Positions 21,201 to 30,973 of a stretch of 64,000 nt of DNA are shown piece by piece. The DNA lies in assembly GCA_963794325.1 (NCBI GenBank), contig CAWCDG010000004.1, positions 1,152,001-1,216,000 of the forward strand, given 5' to 3'. Numbering within the stretch: position 1 is the stretch's first letter; each line of letters begins with the position of its first letter. The notes under the pieces are model-generated. The model did not search any database and was not told the origin of the DNA. It worked only from the letters and a program-made list of their open reading frames with translations. The stretch comes from an uncultured delta proteobacterium. GTDB lineage: Bacteria > Desulfobacterota > Binatia > Binatales > Binataceae. Both the position numbers and the translations under genes were made by a program.

Positions 21201-21538
21201 GCGGCGGCAAGACGTTGCAGCCGGTGTTCTACGCGCTCGCGGCGGAAAGCGTACTCAAGGAAAAGATTTACGCCGGGCGGCTCTACTACTGCACCGCAGC
21301 CGGCGGTTACGAAGAGCGAGTGGTCGAAATCAACGACGAGGCGCGGAAAGCCTCGCGAGATTTTGTTGCAATCGTCCAGGAATCGTTGGAAGCAGGCTTC
21401 CTGCCCGCCGCGCCGGACGATCGCGAATGCGATTGGTGCGACTACAAGCGCGTTTGCGGCCCTTACGAGGAGCGGCGCTCCAGAATCAAGCCACCGGCGC
21501 GCCTCAAATCGCTGAAGAAGCTGCGCGAGATGCCATGA
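18263..21538 (+). CDS. addB: AddB-like helicase-nuclease subunit (PD-(D/E)XK, Fe-S)
   Basis: SPTALQNFAACPY, RGSIDLVE, TDHKTG, CDWCDYKRVC (four Fe-S cysteines); ATGA overlap with the AddA-like gene. Confidence 0.85.
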   Translation: MSAAREIIISERATDRIEAARAWLEAQPPAREILVIASVKEAADDLVRAFAMSRGAMLGMHRMTLNRLCGLLAAEELADAGLAPADGLAAEAVAARAVFRLAPTGALAHFDSVLKLPGFSRALARTLIELRWNNIAAVDLRALGGAGEAIAATLVQFDAELADAKLIDRAGMLKVATRAVLASDPPRFVGLPILMLDPSVDSALDRDFIAALAACSPSILATIPAGDAPVQTILEDALGVRATALSPGADENLAPSLGRLQTHLFSDTAPPERDVDETVTVISAPGEMHECVEIARRIAAEARRGVPFDRISVLLHDPIRYAPYLQEALARAEIPAYFARGTRRPEPGGRAMLALLCCAAEDLSARRFGEYLSLAQVPDPDRPRDDQPALSLDAELVPLSLDSDLEVENHAAKDIPNDTDVSDPVPLIEGTARAPWRWERLIVDAAVIGSAQRWKRRLNGLANELVAKRNEIVDDDAHAASLERRILDLAHLGEVAMPILSMLEAAPRNATWGDWLKFLRDLVDLAIRDREPVLAALAELEPMAPVGPVGLDEVRLVLNDRLGRLEAPRRVRRYGAVFVASPTGARGMEFDVVIVPGLAERMFPRKLTEDPILSDAARVRLSPYLARNERRVGAERLALRIAAGAARERAMFSYPRVDLDQGRPRVPSFYALEVLRAAEGRLPGFDELASRASSQPTTRLSWPAPSNPADAIDDAEFDLAVLDKLVDADPQTTTGAANYLLDANVHLGRALRARARRWLRRWTQSDGLVDPYAAALAALGKHQLSKRSYSPTALQNFAACPYHFFLQAIHRLEPREEPEAIETLDPLTRGALFAEVQYEILSALRELDVLPVTTDDLDDASGLLDEKLDEVAAQWHEKLAPAIERVWLDGIESIRADLREWLRRAAEDAEHWRPEWFELGFGLHDRTQADPHSSSDPVAIGGGLSLRGSIDLVERDPSGRIRVTDHKTGKVRAEKNFVIGGGKTLQPVFYALAAESVLKEKIYAGRLYYCTAAGGYEERVVEINDEARKASRDFVAIVQESLEAGFLPAAPDDRECDWCDYKRVCGPYEERRSRIKPPARLKSLKKLREMP

Positions 21539-24500
21539 CGCCGGCGACTCCGACAATCATATCCGATCAGGCAGTGCGCGATCGGATTCGCGATGACCTT
21601 GACGTGACGCTCGTGATCGAAGCCGCCGCCGGTACTGGTAAAACCACCGCGCTGGTGAATCGAATCGTCTCGGTGATCGGGTCGGGGCGCGGCGAGCTGG
21701 CGCGGATCGTCGCGGTGACGTTCACCGAGAAGGCGGCCGGCGAGCTGAAGCTCAGGCTGCGCGCCGAAATCGAGCGAGCGCGCCAAAGTACTGAGCATCT
21801 GAGCGAAGCGCGCGCGCGTTTCGATCTGGCGCTCAAGCAGCTTGAAGAAGCGCGAATCGGGACCATTCATTCGTTCTGCGCCGACCTGCTGCGCGAGCGG
21901 CCGGTGGAAGCGCAAGTCGATCCGATGTTCGAAGTCGCGCCCGAGGACTTGGCGGGCGAGATGTTCGACGCCGCGTTCGAGCGATGGTTCGAAAAAATTC
22001 TGGACAATCCCAGCGAGGGGATGCGCCGCTTGCTGCGCAGGCGCGATCTGTCGTCGCGCTCGGGACCGCGGGCGATCGCGCGCCGCGCGGCGCTCGAGCT
22101 GATGAACTGGCGCGACTTCGATTCGCCGTGGACGCATTCGCCGATGGCGCGCGATGCCGAGATCGACGCGATCATCGCGGAAGTCGAGGAGCTCGGCAAA
22201 CTATCCGAACTTGGCGAGGATGACGACTGGCTGGCGAAGGGCCTCGACGCGATCGCACGTCCGGTCGCCGAGGCGACGCGGCTCGAAGCCGTGCGCGGTC
22301 GCGACTACGACGCGCTCGAATCGGTGCTGATCGCGCTTTGCACCGGCCGGCGTTGGGATTGGAAGGGATACGGCGGCAGTTTTGGCGAGGTCGCGCGCGA
22401 AGACATTTTTCGCCGACGGTCCGAGCTGCACGATCGGCTCCGCAAGTTTCGCGACGACGCGGGCGCCAATCTGGCGCCGCTCCTGCGCGACGAACTGTGG
22501 CCGATTGTCGGCATCTACGAAGAAATTAAACAGCGCGCGGGGCGGCTCGACTTCCTCGACTTGCTCCTGGTCGCGCGCAATCTGGTTCGCGACCATCCCG
22601 CAGTGCGCGCCGAGCTGCAAAATCGCTTCACTCACATTTTCGTCGATGAATTCCAGGATACCGATCCGTTGCAGGCGGAAATTCTGCTGCTGCTTTCGTC
22701 CGCCGATCCCGCCGAGACCAACTGGCTGAGAGTCAAGCCGATTGACGGCAAATTATTTATCGTCGGCGATCCGAAACAGTCGATTTACCGTTTTCGCCGC
22801 GCCGACGTTTCGCTCTACCAGGGCGTCAAGCAACTGCTGCTGATGCATGGCGCGCAACTCGAACATCTGACGGTCAGCTTCCGCGCGACGCCCGCGATTC
22901 AGACCATGGTCAATGCCGCGTTCGCGCCGCTGATGAGCGAGGAATCGGGCACGCAGCCGCGTTATGCGCCGTTGACGCCGTATCGCGCGGCGCCCGCGAC
23001 GCAACCGTCGATCGTCGTGCTGCCGGTGCCGGAGCCGTACGGCGATTTCGGGCGCGTCGTGAATTGGAAAATCGACGATTCCATTCCAGAGGCGATCGCC
23101 GCGTACGCGCGATGGCTGGTGCATGAAAGCGGATGGACGGTGACCGAGCGCGAGGCGCCCGACCTGCGCGTGCCGATTCGTCCGCGGCATATCTGCATCC
23201 TGTTTCGCCGGATGAATTCGTACGGGCGGGATATTACCCGGTCGTATCTGCGCGCGCTCGAAGCGCGGCATTTGCCGCACGTGCTGGTCAAGGGCGGATC
23301 GTTCAACGAACGCGAAGAAGTACTCGCGCTGCGCAATCTTCTCGGAGCAATCGAGCGGCCCGACGACGAGCTGATGGTCTTCGCCGCGCTGCGCGGTCCG
23401 GTGTTCGCGCTCTCGGATGCCGCGCTGCTCGAATTCCGCACGACTATTGGCGGTCTGCACCCGTTCCGCAAGCTGCCCGACGATCTTCCCGCCAGTCTTC
23501 AAGAAGTGAAGGGCGCGCTCGAGGTCATTAAGAGTTTGCATCGCGGGCGGAATCGACGGCCGATCGCGGAGACGATCGCAATGCTGCTGGCGACGACGCG
23601 CGCGCATGCGGGGTTCGCGATTTGGCCGACCGGCGAGCAGGCGCTCGCGAATATCATGCGGATAATGGACCAGGCGCGGCGCTACGAAGCGCGCGGCGGC
23701 GCCACGTCGTTCCGGGCATTTGTCGATGAACTAGAAGCGCGCGCCGAGCGCGACGAGGCGAGCGAGACCCCGATTGTCGAGGAAGGCACCGAGGGCGTAC
23801 GCATCATGACGGTGCATCGCGCGAAGGGCCTCGAGTTCCCGGTCGTCATCCTGGCCGATATCACTTGCAACGAAACTCGCGAGAACGCGTCGCGGTATAT
23901 CGAGCCCGCATCGAAGCTGGCCGCAATGGAACTAGCCGGATGCGCACCGCGCGAGCTGCAGAAGCACGCGGCGAAGGAGCATGACCGCGACGTCGAAGAG
24001 TCGATCCGCCTGCTTTACGTGGCGGTGACGCGCGCGCGTGATTTGATCGTCGTGCCGGCGGTTGGTGACGAAGAATCCGACGGCTGGCTCGCGCGCCTGA
24101 ATCCCGTGGTCTATCCGTCGCAAACCGAGCGGCGCGACCCAATCTCGGCGCATCCTGCGGGATGCCCTGAATTCGGCGACGACAGCGTGCTGACGCGGCC
24201 GCCGAAAGCGCCGGGCAAAGTGAAGTCGGTGGCGCCGGGATTACATCGCGCGCAAAAGGGCGACCATCAAATCGTCTGGTGGGATCCGCGGCTGCTGATT
24301 CTCAACGTCGAAGAAAAAATGGGGCTGCGGCAGGACAAGCTGCTGCAAGCTGACGAAAACAAACTGGCGTCGGATCGCGGCGTCAAACTCCATGGAGAGT
24401 GGAGCGCAAAGCGCGCGGCGATGCTCGCGATGGGAACGACTCCGCGAATGAACGTCGCGACGGCGACCGAACTGGCGCTTGTGGCGCCGACCGACGGCCC

Positions 24501-24996
24501 AGCGTCTGGCGAAACAATTGTGATCGAAGAGACGCTTCGCGATCGCGGCCGGCCGCACGGAAAGCGCTTCGGCTCGCTGGTCCATCTGACGATGCTGCGT
24601 GCGCCGTTCGACGCCGGCGGGATCGAGATCCGCAAGATCGCAGCCAGCGCCGCAAAGATGATCGGCGCGTCCGACGACGAAATCGCAGCGGCGGCCTCTG
24701 CTGTAGCATCCGCGCTCAAATCTCCGTTGATGCGTCGTGCCAAAGCCGCGGATACGGTGATGCGCGAATGTCCGCTGATGATTCGCCTTGAAGACGGTAC
24801 CGCAGTCGAAGGAATCGCGGACCTCGCGTTTGCGGAAAGCACCAACGACGGCGTCGTTTGGACGGTCGTCGATTTCAAAACTGACATCGAAGTTGCGCCC
24901 CGCCTCGACGAGTACCGCACCCAGATTCGGTTCTACGTGCGCGCAGTGAGAGAGAGCACCGGGCGTCCGGCCAGCGGCGCGATTTTGTGGATCTGA
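21535..24996 (+). CDS. addA: AddA-like UvrD helicase-nuclease subunit
   Basis: AAAGTGKT, TFTEKAA, VDEFQD, GDPKQSIYRFR, TVHRAKGLEF, LYVAVTRA; C-terminal GIADL..VDFKT nuclease. Confidence 0.9.
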   Translation: MTPATPTIISDQAVRDRIRDDLDVTLVIEAAAGTGKTTALVNRIVSVIGSGRGELARIVAVTFTEKAAGELKLRLRAEIERARQSTEHLSEARARFDLALKQLEEARIGTIHSFCADLLRERPVEAQVDPMFEVAPEDLAGEMFDAAFERWFEKILDNPSEGMRRLLRRRDLSSRSGPRAIARRAALELMNWRDFDSPWTHSPMARDAEIDAIIAEVEELGKLSELGEDDDWLAKGLDAIARPVAEATRLEAVRGRDYDALESVLIALCTGRRWDWKGYGGSFGEVAREDIFRRRSELHDRLRKFRDDAGANLAPLLRDELWPIVGIYEEIKQRAGRLDFLDLLLVARNLVRDHPAVRAELQNRFTHIFVDEFQDTDPLQAEILLLLSSADPAETNWLRVKPIDGKLFIVGDPKQSIYRFRRADVSLYQGVKQLLLMHGAQLEHLTVSFRATPAIQTMVNAAFAPLMSEESGTQPRYAPLTPYRAAPATQPSIVVLPVPEPYGDFGRVVNWKIDDSIPEAIAAYARWLVHESGWTVTEREAPDLRVPIRPRHICILFRRMNSYGRDITRSYLRALEARHLPHVLVKGGSFNEREEVLALRNLLGAIERPDDELMVFAALRGPVFALSDAALLEFRTTIGGLHPFRKLPDDLPASLQEVKGALEVIKSLHRGRNRRPIAETIAMLLATTRAHAGFAIWPTGEQALANIMRIMDQARRYEARGGATSFRAFVDELEARAERDEASETPIVEEGTEGVRIMTVHRAKGLEFPVVILADITCNETRENASRYIEPASKLAAMELAGCAPRELQKHAAKEHDRDVEESIRLLYVAVTRARDLIVVPAVGDEESDGWLARLNPVVYPSQTERRDPISAHPAGCPEFGDDSVLTRPPKAPGKVKSVAPGLHRAQKGDHQIVWWDPRLLILNVEEKMGLRQDKLLQADENKLASDRGVKLHGEWSAKRAAMLAMGTTPRMNVATATELALVAPTDGPASGETIVIEETLRDRGRPHGKRFGSLVHLTMLRAPFDAGGIEIRKIAASAAKMIGASDDEIAAAASAVASALKSPLMRRAKAADTVMRECPLMIRLEDGTAVEGIADLAFAESTNDGVVWTVVDFKTDIEVAPRLDEYRTQIRFYVRAVRESTGRPASGAILWI

Positions 24997-24997
24997 G

Positions 24998-25270
24998 GGA
25001 AGGGTAAATCACTTTATTAAATGTGAAACCCGCGATGGGTTTCACGCTTCCTTCGGCAGGGGTGACCCCTGCACCCAGTGAAAAGAAATCGCAAAATGGC
25101 GAGGACGCCTCTGAATACCTCGCCCGTTATTTTACGGGAGAGGAGGCCGGCGGGCGCAGCCGCCGGTAGGTGAGGGTGCTGGGCTACATCCGAAAAGCTC
25201 GCGCGCTCGCTCTTTGTGTAGTTCCGTCCTTGTGTCATTCAGAGCGCAGCGAAGAATCCCGGCTCCTTGC
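24998..25270. repeat. Composite palindromic repeat (M1-M2-M6-M3-M4)
   Basis: Begins GGAAGGGTAAATCACTT right after the addA stop; M1 at 25023-25045, M3 at 25116-25176, M4 at about 25234-25262. Confidence 0.9.
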
Positions 25271-25343
25271 TGGGAGAGGTAAATCGCGCGCTTGGTGCTC
25301 GCGATGAATTTGTGCTGAAATCCCGACCGCGAGGGAAATAGCG

Positions 25344-26441
25344 ATGACAATCGACATTATATATGGCGAACGCGCGACTACCGGCGTCGATGCTGACGCG
25401 ACCAGTGGCGGTTTGTGGCTCAGTGGCGACGATCTGAAACGCGTCAGTGGATGGGAGTTCAAGCCGCAGGGATTCTGCAAGGGCGATGTATGCGTGCCGA
25501 CGCCCGCTGCGCGCAAGAGCGAGTTCGTCGATCGCAACCGTTTCAATCTCGCGGCGCTGGCGAATTTGCTGGGACAGCCGGTCGTGCCTGACGAGCAGCA
25601 TCATGCATGGTGTATCGGCGAGGCCGCGTCGGAGCGCAAGCGTATGTTGACCTCGCTCGACGCGCCGGATTTCACCCTGCCCGATCTCGACGGCAAGATG
25701 CATTCTCTGTCCGACTATCGCGGCAAGAAAGTTTTCGTCGTCTCATGGGCGTCCTGGTGAGGATGCCGCTTTGACCTGCCAGTCTGGCAGGCCCTCTACG
25801 AAGAACTCGGACCGAAAGGATTCGTGCCGATCGCGATCGCATTCGACAGCGGCGGTATCGCCGCGACCGAGCCGTGGATCAAGGCGGCGAACCCTACCTA
25901 CCCATGCCTCATCGATCGACAGCATCTCGTCGCCGAGCTTTACGACATGGTCAATGTGCCTACTGCCGTCTGGATCGATGAGCGCGGCAAGATAGTCCGC
26001 CCGAGCGAGCCTGCCGGCGTCACGGACGCCTTCCGAAAGATGGATCACAAGAACTTTTCGATTCCCGCCGACGCGATGAGCGAGTTGCAGGCCAAGCGCA
26101 AGGCGTACCAGGAGGCGCTCCGCGATTGGGTGGCAAAGGGACCGAAAAGCCGCTTCGCACTCGACGAGGCCGAAGTGCTCAAGCGGACGCATACCCCGGA
26201 CGATGCTCACGTCCGTGCGGCTGCGAATTTCAGACTCGGCGAATACCTTTTCGAGAAGGGACACGCCGAGGCGGCGCAGAAGTACTTCGAGGAAGCCAAG
26301 CGGCTGCGTCCGGAAAGCTGGAACTACAAGCGGCAAGCATGGGCGCTCGAGGATCCGATGAAGGCAGGCGGTCCCGAGTTCTGGGCCGCAGTCGATTCGC
26401 TGGGCGAAGGAAAGTACTACCCCGGCGCGGAGGATATATAG
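25344..26441 (+). CDS. ResA/TlpA-like redoxin selenoprotein (WASW-U-GC), 365 aa
   Basis: ORFs 25344..25760 and 25824..26441 are in one frame joined by UGA 25758-25760: APDFTLPDLDG..VVSWASW-U-GCRFDLPVWQ..VNVPTAVWIDERG; SECIS-like hairpin CCTGCC-AGTCT-GGCAGG at 25775-25791. Confidence 0.9.
25775..25791 (+). other. Putative bacterial SECIS hairpin
   Basis: 6-bp stem with a G-containing apical loop (AGUCU) 15-31 nt 3' of the in-frame UGA; resembles the E. coli fdhF SECIS apical loop (AGGUCU). Confidence 0.75.
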
Positions 26442-26664
26442 GGAAGGGTAAATCACTTGATTGAATGTGGAACCCGCGGTGGGTTCCACACCTCCTTCGG
26501 CAGGGGTGACCCCTGCACCCAGTAATAGGAAAGATGCGGGACTTCGTCCCTGTTAGAAAGGGTTAAGCGAGGAGGCATCGCGAATCTTACCTCGCCCGTT
26601 ATTTTACGGGAGAGGCGGCTGGCCGCATCGCGGCCAGCGGTGAGGGTTCTGGGGTCAAGATGCA
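26442..26664. repeat. Composite palindromic repeat (M1-M2-M5-M3)
   Basis: Starts GGAAGGGTAAATCACTT immediately after the TAG stop; M1 at 26467-26489, M5 AAAGATGCGGGACTTCGTCCCTGTTAG, M3 at 26588-26646. Confidence 0.9.
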
Positions 26665-27575
26665 TGCGCGCCGCTTCGGAACTGACTTTGCACAATCGCG
26701 AAATACTCGTCGTCGGATATGGATCGCTCCTCAGCGGCTATGGCCTGCTGGCGGAGCGGCGTGGTGGCGCGAGTCGGCTGGTGGCGCGCGACGTGCTCCC
26801 AATTTCGATTCACAACGCGCGCCGCGGCCTCGCCAAGCCGTCCAGTCACGGCAAGTATCTCGCGATGGATATCGAGCCTGTCGATCGCCGCATTCCGATG
26901 AAGGCGTCGCGCACGGCGGACGGCGCAGCAATTGGCGGCCTGCTGCTTACCTTCGATCGCGAATACGCACCGCTCATTGCCAGACGCGAGGAATATGATC
27001 CTGACGCGTTCGCGAAGTTGATCGGGCTTGCAGATCGCGCGGGTCAGCCTCTCGGCGAATTCCTGATGGCAATCGCAATCGAGATCGATCTGCTCGCTTA
27101 TCGGATCGCGTTGCGTGAGATGCTCGACTACACGTCGCCGGGGTACATTTTCCATCCGATAGAGATCGATGACGGCCGTGTCGCGATAATCGCAATCGGT
27201 TCCGGATTCGACGGCAGCGGCGATCCGGAGATTGTTTCGCGCCGTCAGCAATACAAGATGGATCGCCTGCTGACGCTCGACGAATCGATGCGCGTCGAAA
27301 TCTCCGGTTTCGATCGCGCCGGGCAGATAGGATACTACGCAGAGTGTCTTCTCGGCGGATTGCACGGTGTCGATGTGGGCGATTTGGCATCAGGATTCGA
27401 TCCCGATGCTGATTGGGGGCGTGACCTCGCGGCGCATCTCGGGCCGATCGCGGCCGGCGAGCGCGAGCGGTTTATCGAGGCGACGTCGCTCGATGCGGCG
27501 CGGTACGGCGAGCGGTTTTCTTCGAATCGCGCGGCGAACCTTGAGGCGCTGCTAAAACTGGCGGGCGTTGTATAG
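26664..27575 (+). CDS. Hypothetical protein with gamma-glutamylcyclotransferase/ChaC-like N-terminal motif
   Basis: ILVVGYGSLL and RREEY motifs; start uncertain (ATG 26664 or TTG 26688). Confidence 0.6.
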   Translation: MRAASELTLHNREILVVGYGSLLSGYGLLAERRGGASRLVARDVLPISIHNARRGLAKPSSHGKYLAMDIEPVDRRIPMKASRTADGAAIGGLLLTFDREYAPLIARREEYDPDAFAKLIGLADRAGQPLGEFLMAIAIEIDLLAYRIALREMLDYTSPGYIFHPIEIDDGRVAIIAIGSGFDGSGDPEIVSRRQQYKMDRLLTLDESMRVEISGFDRAGQIGYYAECLLGGLHGVDVGDLASGFDPDADWGRDLAAHLGPIAAGERERFIEATSLDAARYGERFSSNRAANLEALLKLAGVV

Positions 27576-28099
27576 TGATCAGCGACGAGTCGATGGGATC
27601 GAAAGCCAATTTTTCAATCCATGTCGCGAAAGAGAATCTGAAATTCTCGGCCGCGCATTTTATCGCCTACCCCGGATTCCGCGAACCGCTGCATGGCCAT
27701 AATTACCAGGTCGGCGTGTATGTCGAGGGGCGGCTGGCGAAGACCGGCTACGTGATCGATTTCGGGCTGATCAAAAAGCTGACCAAGGAGATCGTCGATC
27801 GTCTCGACGAGCGCACGATCATTCCGGGTAACAGCGATTGCCTGACGATCGACGGACCCCGCGACGGCGTAGTGCGAATCCGCTACGAGCGCGACGAGTT
27901 CGTGCTGCCTGCTGCCGACGTGTGTATCGTGCCGGTCGTGCATAGCTCGGCTGAGGAGCTCGCACGCTACATCTGGGACGAGTTGGCGACGGCACTGCGC
28001 GCGCGAGGCGCCTTGACCGAAGTGACGACGATGGAAATCTCGGTGGCCGAGGGTCCGGGGCAGTCCGCGCATTACCGCAATTCGACGGCCAGCGGCTAG
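27575..28099 (+). CDS. 6-pyruvoyl-tetrahydropterin synthase/QueD superfamily protein, PTPS-III-like
   Basis: FSAAHF, REPLHGHNYQV (Glu, no Cys), VIDFG, SSAEELA, VAEGP. Confidence 0.85.
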   Translation: MISDESMGSKANFSIHVAKENLKFSAAHFIAYPGFREPLHGHNYQVGVYVEGRLAKTGYVIDFGLIKKLTKEIVDRLDERTIIPGNSDCLTIDGPRDGVVRIRYERDEFVLPAADVCIVPVVHSSAEELARYIWDELATALRARGALTEVTTMEISVAEGPGQSAHYRNSTASG

Positions 28100-28248
28100 T
28101 CACGTTCCTTGCGTAACAATTGCGGCGAGTTTCGTTAGGCCACGCTGTTCACCCACAGTCTTTGTCCTGTTAACTACGTGCGCGTCGTGAGACCATTCCC
28201 GACGTAACTCCGCGGTTCGCCATCGCGCGTTACGAAAAGTACCGATCA

Positions 28249-29286
28249 GTGCCGCAGCAATCAAAAATATCAGAGCGGGAGACTCCGTTTGCGGTCGAGC
28301 AGGCGTTGATCGGGGAGCATCCGGCGATCGTCAAGCTTCGCGCGTTGATCGAGCGTGTCGCGCCAACCGAGGTGACAGTGCTGGTCACCGGCGAGAGCGG
28401 CACCGGCAAGGAAGTCGTGGCGCAGGCGATTCATACATTGTCACTGCGCAGCAATCAGCCATTTGTGCCGGTGAACTGCGCGGCGATTCCGCACGATCTG
28501 CTCGAATCCGAAATGTTCGGGCATGAGCGAGGCGCGTTCACCGGCGCGGCGGGATCTCGTCATGGGCTCCTGACGACCGCCGATCGCGGCACAATCTTTC
28601 TCGACGAAATCGGCGAGATGCCTAATGGGTTGCAGGCGAAGCTCCTGCGCGTGCTGGAAGATGGAGTGGTCCGTGCCGTCGGTGCGGACCGGTCGACTCG
28701 GGTCGACGTGCGCGTTATCGCGGCGAGCAATGTCGATCTGGCAGCCTCGGTGGCCAAGGGCACGTTTCGTGAGGACCTCTTCTATCGGCTGCAGGTCGTG
28801 CCGATCGTGATTGCGCCGCTGCGCGAGCGGCGTTCCGATATCCCGCTGCTGACTGAGCACTTTCTGGAGCGTATTCGCGATCGCCCGCCCGGGCGTGAAC
28901 TCGCAATCAGCCGCGAGGCGATGGTCGCGTTGTGGTCGTACGATTGGCCCGGCAATGTCCGCGAGCTCGAGAATATGATCGAGCGGTTGGCGATTCTGTG
29001 CGAGGGCTCGACTATCGACACGTCGATTCTTCCCGAGAGCCTGGTGGCGAGCGCGCGGCCCGCGACACCTCCGATCAAGGTCAAGCTGACTGACGGCGGA
29101 GTTAACCTGAACAACTTGGTACGGGAATTGGAAGGTAGATTGATAAACGACGCGCTCAAGCAAACCGCGGGGAACAAACAGGCGGCGGCGCGGCTGCTCG
29201 GACTCAAACGGACGACCTTTTCCGCGAAGCTGAGGCGTTGCGGCGTGATAGCCCCGGCGTCTTTGGACGAAGGCGAGGAAGACTAG
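28249..29286 (+). CDS. Sigma-54-dependent transcriptional activator lacking an N-terminal sensor domain
   Basis: [37 protein letters not shown], Fis-type HTH. Confidence 0.93.
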   Translation: MPQQSKISERETPFAVEQALIGEHPAIVKLRALIERVAPTEVTVLVTGESGTGKEVVAQAIHTLSLRSNQPFVPVNCAAIPHDLLESEMFGHERGAFTGAAGSRHGLLTTADRGTIFLDEIGEMPNGLQAKLLRVLEDGVVRAVGADRSTRVDVRVIAASNVDLAASVAKGTFREDLFYRLQVVPIVIAPLRERRSDIPLLTEHFLERIRDRPPGRELAISREAMVALWSYDWPGNVRELENMIERLAILCEGSTIDTSILPESLVASARPATPPIKVKLTDGGVNLNNLVRELEGRLINDALKQTAGNKQAAARLLGLKRTTFSAKLRRCGVIAPASLDEGEED

Positions 29287-29303
29287 GGCGATCAGGGATT
29301 TGT

Positions 29304-29756
29304 ATGGATGAAGCAATCAGGCCGCCACAGATAATGGTGGTTGACGACGATCAGGACACCGTCGCAATCCTCGCGCGCCATTTGCAACGCGAAGGCTTTG
29401 TCCCGATAGAGGCCAACTCGGGCGCACAATGTCTCAAACTGGTTCATGAAAACGAAGTCGACGTGATTCTGCTCGACCTGATGATGCCCGGGATGGACGG
29501 CTTCGAGGTCGTCAAGGCGCTCAAGGACGATCCCGTAACTGCCGAAATCCCCATCATCATGATCACCGCGCGCGACGACCTTGATGCGCGCGCCGAGGGG
29601 ATGCGCCTTGGGGTCAGCGACTTCCTCGCCAAGCCTGTATTCCGCCGCCAACTCGCAAGCCGGGTGCGTGCACAGCTTGACGTAGTTGAGACGTCGCGCA
29701 ACGCCAGCGCAGCGATGGATCGCCTCGAAGCGGCAAGAAAGCACCGCGCGCAATAG
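29304..29756 (+). CDS. Single-domain response regulator
   Basis: VVDDD, LLDLMMPGMDG, MITA, FLAKP. Confidence 0.92.
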   Translation: MDEAIRPPQIMVVDDDQDTVAILARHLQREGFVPIEANSGAQCLKLVHENEVDVILLDLMMPGMDGFEVVKALKDDPVTAEIPIIMITARDDLDARAEGMRLGVSDFLAKPVFRRQLASRVRAQLDVVETSRNASAAMDRLEAARKHRAQ

Positions 29757-29826
29757 ACCGCGCTCTCGACTTCGACGACACGCCGCCGCACCGAACGGTT
29801 CCAAGTACCTCGATGGATTCCTCCTA

Positions 29827-29948
29827 TCCGGTTCCCCTTCCCGCTCGGGAGGGTCTTTCCCTCATCCGGTTCCCCTTCCCGCTCGGGAAGAAGTTACTCT
29901 CCAGAGTCCGGTTCCCCTTCCCACTATGGGAAGGGGTTAGGGGTTAGG
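29827..29948 (+). repeat. Three tandem family B REP-like copies
   Basis: TCCGGTTCCCCTTCCC at 29827, 29865 and 29907; the last ends GGGAAGGGGTTAGGGGTTAGG. Confidence 0.9.
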
Positions 29949-30885
29949 TGTCGGTTTGCAACAGGTTGTCCGGGGGAAGGCGCGAGATAGGAGAGCGGCC
30001 GCCGATGCCGCGATGGGGGCGATGATGGTTGTAGGAATGGAGCCATGGGCGGAGAGCGTCGGCGCGTTGTTGAGAGTGATCGTACGGCCGCGCGTAAGCT
30101 CATTCGCGCAAAGCGGTCTGGATAAAGCGTTCGGCCTTGCCATTGGTGCGCGGGGTATAGGGACGGGTAAAGCTGTGCCGCATCCTGCGGCTGCGGCACA
30201 GGGCGCCAATAAGGGAAGAACGGTAGGCGGAGCCGTTGTCAGTCATGATGCGAGCGACCGAGATCCCCAGGGCCTGGAAGTGATCGAGCGCGCGCACGAG
30301 GAAGGCAGTGGTGGTCTCTTTGCGCTCGTTGGGCAGGACTTCGGCGTAGGCCAGGCGCGAATGGTCGTCGATACAAACGTGGGCGACTTCGAAGCCGGCA
30401 CCGAGACTACGCTTTTGGTGAGTACCAGTGATGCGCGAGCCGACGCGGTGGAAGCGGCCCAGCTTTTTAGTGTCGAGATGGAGCAGGTCGCCGGGCGCGG
30501 CGTACTCGTAGCGCTGGATGGGCACCGGCGGATCCAACGAACTCAGCCTGGACAGTCCGGCCCGCTTGAGCAGCCGGCTTACGGTGGCGATGCTGAGCTC
30601 GAGTTGTGCGGCGATGTGCTTCATCAGCATCCGCTGGCGGCGCAGTGCGAGCACCTGCTCGACCACTGCCAGTGCGGTAGGACGATGCAGCCGGTGAGGG
30701 CGCGAGCTGCGGTCGGCCAGTCCGGCCGAACCTTCGCGGGCAAACCGCGCCGCCCACTTGCGCGCGGTCTTCTCGCACACGCCCATCGCCGCCGCGACCA
30801 TTCGCGGTGGTTCGCCCGTATTAGCCCGCCTGACCAGTCCGGCTCGACTAAGCGGCGTGGTGCGCGCATTCTGATGAATGTCCAT
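29949..30885 (-). pseudogene. IS481 DDE transposase, disrupted
   Basis: MDIHQNAR, HLDTKKLG, IDDHSRLAY, MTDNG, TNGKAERF; TGA at 30102-30100 where homologues typically have Trp (LRE-W-AY); homologous sequence continues (YNHHRPH); probable 1-nt deletion near 29972. Confidence 0.85.
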
Positions 30886-30973
30886 CCGGGGAGACCTCCT
30901 GAGTCGGTGTTGAGTTTCGCAGCTTTCACCTTCCCAGCGTCCTCCCGGAAGGACAACCTATTGAAACATCACA
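29949..30973 (-). mobile_element. IS481-family insertion sequence (1025 bp)
   Basis: TGT...ACA ends; 23-bp imperfect TIRs (17/23 identical); 6-bp target duplication GTTAGG at 29943-29948 and 30974-30979. Confidence 0.93.

Noticed and set aside
18263-24996. Large helicase plus nuclease pair as a novel defence system
   Set aside because: Motifs, Fe-S cysteines, ATGA coupling and host-like codon usage match housekeeping AddAB
29827-29948. Three palindromic direct repeats at 38-42-nt spacing, superficially CRISPR-like
   Set aside because: Spacers are only about 14-18 nt, the same motif is dispersed singly across the window, and there are no cas genes or leader; better explained as tandem REPs
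30100-30102. In-frame TGA in the IS481 transposase as possible selenocysteine
   Set aside because: The position corresponds to Trp rather than Cys in this family and no compact SECIS-like hairpin follows; a nonsense change or error is more likely
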